Assembly (NCBI GenBank): GCA_965644295.1
Contig: CBFFRP010000035.1
Location: 124,001 to 188,000, forward strand
DNA length: 64,000 nt
Source: Paraphysomonas bandaiensis
Taxonomy: Eukaryota > Protista > Chrysophyceae
Reading direction: 5' to 3'
Position 1 is the first letter of the stretch. Each line of letters opens with the position of its first letter. The notes under the pieces were generated by a model. That model was not told where the DNA came from, did not search any database, and saw only the letters and a list, made by a program, of their open reading frames with translations. Positions 1 through 9,371 of the stretch are shown here, in pieces. The translations under genes were made by a program, and so were the position numbers.

Positions 1-13
1 GATGTAGTGTTGT

Positions 14-100
14 CTGAGGGCAATGATTCTCAAATGATATAATGAGCCTGAATACACCGTGAGACGTGTGTATGTGGACATATTTCTGCTGAGCCCTCAG
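14..100 (+). ncRNA. Box C/D snoRNA A, copy 1; predicted guide for 18S rRNA Am100-equivalent (snR51/SNORD57-like)
   Basis: Perfect terminal stem ctgagggc/gccctcag; C-like box ATGATT (23-28); D' CTGA (48-51); C'-like tgtgga; D box CTGA (89-92). The 13-nt guide TGATATAATGAGC (35-47) is complementary to 18S GCUCAUUAUAUCA, and the D'+5 rule selects the A of GCUCA. Confidence 0.85.
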
Positions 101-335
101 TCGCTGTATTGTATTTTATTGTATTTTATTGTATGTATTGATGTGAATAAATTGGGAGTACGATATTGTTGTAATGTATGTGTATTGTTGCAGATCTGCG
201 GGTGGCATTTCACAATGGCTGTGTATATACGCTTCCATGCGTTTTGGCAGGTGTGGCCGGTGTGTGCAGACACTACGAGTACATCTATAATAGGGCAGGG
301 TATGTATAACGTATATATGTGTGTATATGTGATGT

Positions 336-421
336 GGGCTGTGATGGTAACCAATGATAGGACAGAATGCATTCGTGATAATCACCGTTTGCAGTAATGT
401 CGACACTTTATCCCTGAGCCT
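336..421 (+). ncRNA. Box C/D snoRNA B, copy 1; predicted guide against LSU rRNA UCCUAUCAUUG
   Basis: Terminal stem gggc/gcct; C-like box GTGATGG (341-347); guide CAATGATAGGA (352-362); D' CAGA (363-366); C' GTGATAA (375-381); D CTGA (414-417). Confidence 0.7.
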
Positions 422-514
422 GTATACCTGACGTCAATATATTGGTGTTGTGTTGTGTTGTGTTGGTTATGTATTTCGGTTATTGTTTGTATATATTAGA
501 AGATGTAGTGTTGT

Positions 515-601
515 CTGAGGGCAATGATTCTCAAATGATATAATGAGCCTGAATACACCGTGAGACGTGTGTATGTGGACATATTTCTGCTGAGCCCTCA
601 G
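515..601 (+). ncRNA. Box C/D snoRNA A, copy 2
   Basis: Identical to 14..100, with boxes, guide and terminal stem intact. Confidence 0.85.
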
Positions 602-831
602 TCGCTGTATTGTATTGTATTTTACTGTATGTATTTAGGTGATGTTATTGGGAGTACGATATTGTTGTAATGTATGTGTATTGTTGCAGATCTGCGGGTG
701 GCATTTCACAATGGCTGTGTATATACGCTTCCATGCGTTTTGGCAGGTGTGGCCGGTGTGTGCAGACACTACGAGTACATCTATAATAGGGCAGGGTATG
801 TATAACGTATATATGTGTGTATATGTGATGT

Positions 832-917
832 GGGCTGTGATGGTAACCAATGATAGGACAGAATGCATTCGTGATAATCACCGTTTGCAGTAATGTCGAC
901 ATTTTATCCCTGAGCCT
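832..917 (+). ncRNA. Box C/D snoRNA B, copy 2
   Basis: Same boxes and D' guide as 336..421; one substitution upstream of box D. Confidence 0.7.
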
Positions 918-980
918 GTATACCTGACGTCAATATATTGGTGTTGTGTTGTGTTGGTTATGTATTTCGGTTATTGTTGT

Positions 981-1067
981 CTGGGGGCAATGATTCTCAA
1001 ATGATATAATGAGCCTGAATACACCGTGAGTCGTGTGTATGTGGACATATTTCTGCTGGGCCCTCAG
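981..1067 (+). ncRNA. Box C/D snoRNA A, copy 3 (possibly degenerate)
   Basis: Guide intact, but box D is CTGG rather than CTGA and the 5' stem reads ctgggggc. Confidence 0.6.
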
Positions 1068-1297
1068 TCGCTGTATTGTATTGTATTTTACTGTATGTAT
1101 TTAGGTGATGTTATTGGGAGTACGATATTGTTGTAATGTATGTGTATTGTTGCAGATCTGCGGGTGGCATTTCACAATGGCTGTGTATATACGCTTCCAT
1201 GCGTTTTGGCAGGTGTGGCCGGTGTGTGCAGACACTACGAGTACATCTATAATAGGGCAGGGTATGTATAACGTATATATGTGTGTATATGTGATGT

Positions 1298-1383
1298 GAG
1301 CTGTGATGGTAACCAATGATAGGACAGAATGCATTCGTGGTAATCACCGTTTGCAGTAATGTCGACACTTTATCCCTGAGCCT
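1298..1383 (+). ncRNA. Box C/D snoRNA B, copy 3 (possibly degenerate)
   Basis: Guide intact; the 5' stem is gagc and the C' box is GTGGTAA. Confidence 0.55.
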
Positions 1384-1441
1384 GTATACCTGACGTCAAT
1401 ATATTGGTGTTGTGTTGATTATGTATTTCGCTTATTGTTGT

Positions 1442-1528
1442 CTGAGGGCAATGATTCTCAAATGATATAATGAGCCTGAATACACCGTGAGACGTGTGTA
1501 TGTGGACATATTTCTGCTGAGCCGTCAG
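1442..1528 (+). ncRNA. Box C/D snoRNA A, copy 4
   Basis: Boxes and guide intact; one mismatch in the terminal stem (gccgtcag). Confidence 0.75.
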
Positions 1529-3580
1529 TCGCTGTATTGTATTGTATTGCATTTTATTGTATGTATTGATGTGAATGAATTGTGAGTACGATATTGTTGT
1601 AATGTATGTGTATTGTTGCAGATCTGCGGGTGGCTTCACAATGGCTGTGTATATATAGAAGTTTTATATCGTTAGGTTACGTCTTACGTTGTTTATGCAC
1701 AATACGTGGCTAGTAGTGAAGTATGTTTAGATTTAGGCACCACCGTTGGTCAATATCGGTTACCTGTACATTACACCTTGAGAACATTACTCTCAACCCA
1801 GAATTCCGCTTTACGTGGCGTATAGAGAGTAGTGGTCATACACCGAGATAACTTCTAGTGTACGGTACTGATAAAGAAATAGTTTACCTGAAGTTTCAAT
1901 CAACAAAGAATTTTAATATGATAGTGTCACCTATTTTATACCTTCAACATTTCTTATTATCTTCCGTATGTAGACGGCAAAGTATATTTTGCACATGTTT
2001 CTGTTTTGTAAGTTTAGGTTTGCGCGTATATGCCGCAGCTTGAATACTCTACGCATATTATTTTATACTTTGGACTAGTTATTTACCACATGTGCGTACA
2101 AATAAGCAAATACAAGATATGTGGATATCTTAGCTCTTAGCTGTTCTATGTATCGATTTTGTAGTTCCTCCATGATCTCAGGAGGCTAGCAGAGAAGAGA
2201 AAAGGAATATATAATTATTTTGCACTGAAGGATAAAAACCACCTGTCACAAGGCGATATAAATCCTGAAAAGATACTAACTAATAATTGTATCACTGGAA
2301 AGATACGAACCAAAACTCTAAAACTTTTGAAAAAATTCAAACCTTGTGATTTTTCTAATAAGATGGGGTCTCGTACCACTGTATCTGCAGAGTGAGAGGT
2401 ACTCAGACTGTTATGATCACTGAAATATACAAAACAGAAACAATATCGATCAGTGATGAAGAAACAAAAGTTGGAGTCGTTAAAAATAACTTGAGAACAA
2501 GATGACTTGAAGAAAATAAACTCTAACACAAGTGATGGGCGTCGATTGCGTCAACGAAAACGTAATATGATCTATAGGTTTAAGGTATGACTTAATATGA
2601 ATTTATTGTGGATGTGTATACAGCATCTTCAGCGACTGCGTAGTCTAAATTTATCATAAATATAATATATAGCAGGAATGTGAATCACATAATTTGTTGT
2701 GTTTATTCCTTCTTATCAGGAACACAATCGTTGTGGTCATGATGACGAGAATCGTAAATAGAAAATATGAAGATCATGATACTGCTGTAGAGCAGACCCC
2801 ATACGTGGTCAAGAGAAGGGTTCGACTGGGATGCATCAGTGGCATATACAGTACTGTATAATATCTGTTCCAATAGGGGTTGTGTGCATAAGCAGATAGA
2901 CTGAAAGCTATCAAGGATATAAGTAGACCTTAAGGACTCATGAATTGCGAGAATAGGCAGTGGCCCCCTCACTTGTATATATCAGCGCATGCAGTCCTCG
3001 CCTGAGATGTATATGTATCTATATACTCGCTGTACATGCATGCAGCAGTCACATATACCGCTACCTTTCACTCTACCGGCACCGAGCTCACAGTTCATCT
3101 GCTGGATACTGTTATACTCGCTTGTGCCTGTGTGCATGTGCATATGCATATGCATGTGCTGAGGAGTCTGGCCAGTCCCTGAGACCGCAAGATACGACAG
3201 CAGTTAGACTTGACCTGATTTTAGGATTAAAAGTGAAAAATTGCTTGTTTTTCGGAAAATCCTGTATTTTAATGAAAGTGCTGTATATATAGCGGTATTC
3301 CCCCCGTGTACAGTAGAATGAAAATGCACGCTATGCGGTCGGAATACTGTACTATACTTTAGTATACTGCACTGTATATGGTGTGGACGGTGTGTTTGGG
3401 ACAGCACAGAGCTGCATCTCGCATCTCGTGCCCCTCATGAGCCTCTCAGTGACAGCACGGCCTTCAACATACTCAACAACTCGCTCCTTTTTACCGTCTG
3501 TGTTGCATGTTTACCCTCTTCAGTAGTCCCTCTATTCCATACTAATATCACATGTGTTGAGCGTGATTAGCTATAGGATA

Positions 3581-4723
3581 ATGCCTCTACTAAGACGCCT
3601 CTACAGAGTGCTGCTGGTGGCCTCTCTGATAGCAGGGCCTCATTTTTTTGTTAATTCATTACACGAAATGACACTATCTAATCCATTCACAGAGCCGAAT
3701 ATCCGGCAAATCCTTCCGTTACCGCCTCCACATTCGTCCAGCCGAATCAAAGGACGGGTGCCTGATGATCATATGAGTGAAACACATCCGAATACACTTA
3801 GCAGAAAAAAGAAGAGAAGCGTTCCTGGTATGACACGTCCAAAACGATTAAAACACACCACAGTTCGTAGCAACGTGGTGGATATGTCTGAAGCTTTTAA
3901 AAATAAAACTATATATATTCACTTTCACAAAGGTTTGTATTGATGCAATAATTATTCGCCCATCTCAAGTTAATAATTTGTAGCTGGGGGGTCTGCAATG
4001 TGTCGTTCTTTCAAAAGAGCCGGAGTCAATGTAGATGTTTCCAACAACTGTAATTGCAACAAACTGCAATTATCATTTTTCCCTCAAAGAGAAGCCGCGG
4101 TATTGCAGCAATTCGGGAGGTCTGATTTATGTGCAATTGAACGACCAACGTTTTACAATACAGTTAATCGTTTTGAAGCTTTTGCGAAGAATTTTGCTGG
4201 AGTAAAGATTGCTACCCTGCGAGACCCTTGGGAGAGATTTATGTCCACTTATGCAATGAATTACCGAATATGTATGAAAGCTCAGAACTGTGAAAGGAAA
4301 TTGTCTGCCACACAGTTTTATGAACTAAGAGTTCGTATTAAACCATTTGTTTCTCTCTATGGCTGGACGAATATGCCAAATTACTATACGCGATTTTTAA
4401 ATGGTTTGGGTAATACTGCCGTGGCGATAACAGATTCTCACCTTGCAGTAGCTAAAAGGATACTTACTCTATTTGATGGAGTTTTTTTCCTAAATCAAGA
4501 TCGCGACGAAGTTAGCTCGAGAATAGCGGCGCTGCTGCACGTGTCCAACTTTACCCAAGAAGTGGATAGTCCTATTGCTAAAAACGAACACTGCGATCCT
4601 TTTAGTGAAGTGAACCAAGTGCTCCACCGACGATATGTGAAGGACAATCGCATTGACTACGAACTTATGAAATGGGCTGCTGATCACTTCAATATTACAC
4701 TGGTTGAACGCCAGAAATTGTGA
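3581..4723 (+). CDS. Type II membrane sulfotransferase (Sulfotransfer_2 / Golgi carbohydrate sulfotransferase-like), 2 exons
   Basis: Splicing the GT-AG intron 3933-3983 joins IYIHFHK to AGGSAMC (5'-PSB-like motif). The 3'-PB motif LRDPWERFMSTY follows, and the N-terminus is a hydrophobic anchor. Confidence 0.8.
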
Positions 4724-5087
4724 ATATCATCAACTACGTAAGTGTAGTTGATTAAAATCAGAAGTCATATAGAGAATTTGTATTACTTTACCACAACTAA
4801 AGTGCTTTGAAGCAAACATTATAAAATATCGTCATATTATCTGTCCGTCTTTTATTAATATCCTTCATTCCGTAAGGATTCTCCTGTATGATATTCTTTA
4901 GAAAAATCTTCGCATTGCATCGTGTATTAGATATAAGTAGATAAGTAGCACAATGCTATCACTAAGATATGTTTACTCAACAAAAAAGTCACATAATCAG
5001 GTTAGCCAATGACACGTGCTAATAGCTAATAGGATACGTATCTTGACACCTTATGACGGCGTATGAAATGATTGCCCCTAATACCTT

Positions 5088-5174
5088 CCCTCAACAAAGT
5101 CGGACTCGCCCCTTTTGTGGTGTTCTGGGGGATAAGTAACGGAGATATTTCTGCGGGAAACTAACGTGAGCCGC
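5088..5174 (+). ncRNA. Putative HDV-like self-cleaving ribozyme at the retroposon 5' end (copy 1, decayed)
   Basis: Segment order P1(ccctcaac)-P2(cggactcgc)-P3/L3(ccc ttttgt ggt)-P1'(gttctggg)-gg-P4(cggaga tatt tctgcg)-CTAAC-P2'(gtgagccg). Confidence 0.6.
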
Positions 5175-5624
5175 ATATATAGTCAGCAGATATTGTTCTG
5201 TCCACTCATAGCCAACAGTGCTTGTGTGGTACATGGGACACTAATAAGTATTCCTTGTTCCTTGTGTAGTGTGTAGACGTCTTTGGGCCTTGACGAATAA
5301 ACAGTAAACAGACATCCGGGACAGGGCCCACCTCAAGGGTAGCCGGGGTATTGGGCTGCTTGCTGAAGTCAAGCATCCGGGCTGTTCACCTTAAGGACTC
5401 AAAAATCCTGAAGTTAGCAGAGTCAGGTATATCAATATTCTGCTTGCTCAATGAGTTCGCTTTCAATTATAAAGCGAAAGTGGTTGTACCTTGGTGCTTG
5501 CGGTGACGCTCAAGCAGCTTTCGCAGCGTTAAATAGTAGGATATCAGAGTTCAGCACTAGTTAGTTATATTGTTTTGCTACATTAGTTCTGACTCTTACA
5601 CGCCAATTGCTAATAATCAAACAT
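5088..5624 (+). mobile_element. Non-autonomous retroposon (SINE-like), full-length copy 1
   Basis: Colinear with 37423-37923 and 37040-37392. It has the same first bases (ccctcaacaaag) as the 37423 copy, the shared 3' motif ctgactctta-acgcc-attgctaataat, and a possible decayed TSD taatacctt/taatagcatt. Confidence 0.8.
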
Positions 5625-5787
5625 TAATAGCATTTCTTTGGATTACAAGCGTGTTGCAATATATATTAATAGTTTATAGTGCTTTATATTGTTAAGTAAT
5701 TGAATCTACCAATCACAATATTGCATATAAATGGAAATTGTTGCTACCCTGAACAGCAACATATGAGCGCTATATTCAACACTCCGG

Positions 5788-6762
5788 TTAGGTTTCGTAA
5801 GCTGCATTTACAAACATCACATTAGCTCTCCTTTTACCGATTCCCAAGGGAAAAGTTTTGGAAATTAATCCACCTGTATCCCTTGTACTCGCGTTAGTAC
5901 TAACAGAATAAGCTGTACGAAAACATTGACCGAAAGCAGTGTCTGGAGCATATAAAGGATGCTTTAACACTGTTGACATGGGTATCCATTTGCAAGCCGC
6001 AACTTCACCCTCCTGAGGCACAATGGGTTGAGTTTCATCTACGGGTCTCAAAATAGAAACACAATACAAGTCAGATGCACTTTCACGAGCTGGACTATTT
6101 CCTTTGTGCCCTTCCACCATAGCTACGAGACTCTGAAATGTGCAGTCGATACCAGTCTCTTCCTTCACTTCACGAACTACACCAGCACTTATATCTTCTC
6201 CTAATGAACAATATCCCCCAGGTAGTTTCCATAAATCAATTCCCGCAGCGGGTCCAGTTTGCTCTTGTATGACAAGTAAGTCTAGATTAGAGTTCAATAC
6301 GAAACCAGCGGCAGCAATATAATGTGATGCCGCAGCGGGAAGCCGCGACTGCTCTTTGCCTCCGGGTAGCCAAGTGCACATTAGGAGATAGTTAGAACTG
6401 GAATGATGAAACCAGAATCCATTATCTACTGCAGCGGGAATAAGTTCTGACGATTCAATTGGGATTCGAAGCCATACACCACGTCGTTTCATTTCTCTCC
6501 AACTCTGTATTGAATGAGCCAAACGAGATCTAAAATCGGAAACTAACATTCCACTGAGATTCTCAGTGATAATAATTCCATTGTAAGCATCAGTCTTCGC
6601 TTCCAATTGATGACAGTGGCTGTGACAGTCACGTGTCAGTGTCAGTGGTGTGCATGGATAAGACTGTCCTGCACGAACATACAGTCCACAGCATGACGAC
6701 TTGCGTCGATATATTCGAAAACACAAAGTACTTGAATGCCTTAGCAAAGACCGTAGATGCAT
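5788..6762 (-). CDS. Nudix hydrolase, NUDT6/AtNUDT8-like, intronless, possible mitochondrial presequence
   Basis: Nudix box WKLPGGYCSLGEDISAGVVREVKEETGI; N-terminal subdomain RGVWLRIP...GFWFHH...WLP; Arg/Ser-rich N-terminus. Confidence 0.92.
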   Translation of the reverse strand: MHLRSLLRHSSTLCFRIYRRKSSCCGLYVRAGQSYPCTPLTLTRDCHSHCHQLEAKTDAYNGIIITENLSGMLVSDFRSRLAHSIQSWREMKRRGVWLRIPIESSELIPAAVDNGFWFHHSSSNYLLMCTWLPGGKEQSRLPAAASHYIAAAGFVLNSNLDLLVIQEQTGPAAGIDLWKLPGGYCSLGEDISAGVVREVKEETGIDCTFQSLVAMVEGHKGNSPARESASDLYCVSILRPVDETQPIVPQEGEVAACKWIPMSTVLKHPLYAPDTAFGQCFRTAYSVSTNASTRDTGGLISKTFPLGIGKRRANVMFVNAAYET

Positions 6763-7017
6763 AGACACGCACTGTTGTTGTTGATAGAAACCAGATCAGT
6801 TCTTGGATACACGAGATGCACTGCAAGATCCACCTGCCTGGTCTCACTGTCTCTATGACTGCGACCGTCACTCTCCCTGACAGACAACTGTACACTGCGG
6901 TATACGTAGCTGTACTCTGTACCTGTCTATTCCTTCTGCTGTACGCCTGTACGCGTACTGCTGTATACGGTGAGCATATTGTACCGGCAGTATCTCCATA
7001 TATCACAGTCTATACAG

Positions 7018-7059
7018 CAGTACCAGTACCAGTACCAGTACCAGTACCAGTACCAGTAC
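7018..7059. repeat. (CAGTAC)7 microsatellite in a divergent promoter
   Basis: Seven perfect hexamers between the divergently transcribed Nudix and SDR genes. Confidence 0.95.
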
Positions 7060-7235
7060 TGAACGGCGCGGTATCCTGGCTGTAGAGTATCATTCGCTCT
7101 TAGATCTCTCGTCGGTGTGTCTGCCGTATCTCCACATCACGATAGATACACACCTCACCTCACCTCACCTCATCGTGCCCCTTGAACCACACTGCAGTTC
7201 ATATATAGGCATACCTGAGACTGTACAGTATCAGT

Positions 7236-8447
7236 ATGATGGTGAGATGGGCTCTGTCTGTCCCGGATGTTATACATAAGCTCACAGGGTTCGTGTGTCT
7301 GTCTTTATATGATCACGTGCGTGTGATGCTACCCGGGCTAAAGACAGTTAAAGGAGAGATATGTCTGATCACAGGGGCGGGGTCAGGGATCGGCAGAGGG
7401 ATCGCTATCGAGGTAACGGACTCAATCATAGTGATGCTGTTGTTGAGGTGATGCGTGTGTATGTGTATGTATGTGATGCAGCTGTCGAAGATAGGCGCTA
7501 CTGTAGTGCTGTGGGATATTAACACGAAAGGAGTCGAAGAAACAGCAGCTCTTATTCGTCATGCAGGCGGAAACGCTGTATGTTATAAAGTTGATGTTAC
7601 CAATAGAGATGCAGTGTATGCCGTTGCTGATTGCGTGAGGCGTGAAGTTGGTGACGTGACGATACTAGTCAACAATGCTGGAATAGTGTCAGGGAAACGA
7701 ATATTTGATCCTGAAAATAATGATGATTATATGGTTAAAACAATACAAGTTAATACGATATCGCATTTTTGGACAGTTAAGGCTTTTCTTCCCCATATGA
7801 TTGAACTGAATCACGGGCACCTAGTCACCATTGCATCCTCAGCTGGTATGGTTGGTGTCAACGGTTTGGCCGATTATTGTGCTTCAAAGTTTGGAGCAAT
7901 TGGGTTTCATGAGTCTGTGGCAGCCGAATTGCATAATTTGAAGAAATTTGGAGTTAAAACCACTGTCGTAAACCCTTACTTCATTGACACTGGAATGTTC
8001 GATGGCGTTCGGTCAACGTAAGTACTTGTTTCATGAGATTTACGTCACAGCATATGTATTGTATTTTACACTGTACCAATATGCTTGTGTTGATAATATC
8101 GGTCAATTACAGGAACTTGTGAATGTGTTCGTTATTTTTAAATTGGAAATGCTATTCATTGTGCCTTCTTACTTCACCACGCACTGCATACAACAACATA
8201 TGTAATATCATTGCGCTGACTTTTTACCGTTGTACATAGCAATGAGTTGTTTCTCCCCGTGTTGGAGCCTGCATATGTAGTAAAACGCGTGATACGCGGC
8301 ATCCGAAAAAATATCACAATCGTGAACATGCCATGGATGGTCTCGATAGTATATTTTCTCAAGTGCTTTCCTTATGCAGCGCAGATGTACATAGGAGATT
8401 ACTTTAAGGTTGGCAATACCATGGATAATTTTAGAGGAAGGAATTAG
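7236..8447 (+). CDS. Short-chain dehydrogenase/reductase, RDH10/SDR16C-like, 3 exons
   Basis: Motifs TGAGSGIG, NNAG and YCASK. Introns 7413-7481 and 8018-8239 (GT-AG) keep the frame. Confidence 0.93.
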
Positions 8448-8640
8448 CTGTGACTCAGAGTGTTTGGTTGATGTTTGATATGCTCGTGATAAAAGATGAG
8501 AAGTATAACCCTGAAGATTTTGCTGGAATGGAAGAAATCGTAATGGTGACTAGTTTGGATAAATCTAAAAGGAATTGTGTTATTCGCCTGCACTCATTCG
8601 GAGAGCTACACAGAAACGCATAGAATAGATTCTGCAACAA

Positions 8641-8915
8641 CTAGGACGGAAATATATATGTTCCTACTAAATTTATTTTAGTTCCTACTAAACTAAAAAG
8701 AGCCATTTATTCCTAATATATTTAGACGCTTCTTAAGTTAATAAAGGAGGCTGAGCCTACAAAGTATTTCAGACATTCCTACATTCCTACATTCCTACTA
8801 AGTTACTTTTATCGATTCTAGATTCTACTAAATTTCAATACTGTTTACGTGCCAATTTTAGTTTAGTAGTAACAACTGCTAAATTTAGTAGGAATTAATG
8901 TGTTGAGTTCTGCTA
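8641..8915. mobile_element. Decayed MITE-like element with inverted subterminal repeats
   Basis: ttcctactaaattta (8661-8675) is inverted as taaatttagtaggaa (8880-8894), with several internal ttcctac(ta) repeats. No clear TSD, so the boundaries are approximate. Confidence 0.45.
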
Positions 8916-9371
8916 TATGAGAGTAATTGAAATCTGCAGTTATATGTTATATGGTATTTAAATTTTAAATTATAACCGTTACGAGTAGTATACAGTTGTG
9001 GTTAATCGTACTATGAGATAAATGGTGATGAGTATATAGTAGTGAAAAAGGAATATGGTGACAAAGTAAGATCGTACGAGAAATGAACGGTAGTAAGAGA
9101 TAACACGAAATTGATGAATGCTATTGATTATAATTTATAATAAAATGGAAACTTTAGTAGGTTAAAAATGACACCAACAACTAGAACGAACAGTATCAGA
9201 TTACCTCATTTTAAAACTTTACTTGAAAGAGATATCAACAAAAATACAATATTCATGAAAACGTAACTACCGGACACTGCCAAAAAAAGGAACCAAAAAT
9301 ACTCCTATCACTACACTTCAACTCTTCTACAGTCATTATAGCTATCACGCCATTTCTAAACAGCGCTAAGA

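Larger units (their letters stand above)
1..1655. repeat. Tandem array of ~460-500 bp units (3 full + 1 partial; may continue upstream of the window), each unit carrying two C/D snoRNA-like genes
   Basis: The motif ttgtctg(a/g)gggcaatgattctc recurs at 10, 511, 977 and 1438 (periods 501, 466, 461). Units are near-identical, with TG-rich spacers and a variable (gtgtt)n tract. Confidence 0.97.

Noticed and set aside
59-1639. Repeated 60-110 aa ORFs on both strands
   Set aside because: By-products of TG-rich tandem units; starts and stops differ between copies, and the conserved signals are snoRNA boxes.
2160-2600. Coding-like A-rich stretch and ORF 2215..2529
   Set aside because: No recognisable motif or coherent exon structure; possibly a decayed gene but not supportable.
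4998-5751. Possible hAT element (caggttagcca...ttgctaccctg) enclosing the retroposon copy
   Set aside because: The TIR match is weak and the flanks show no TSD.
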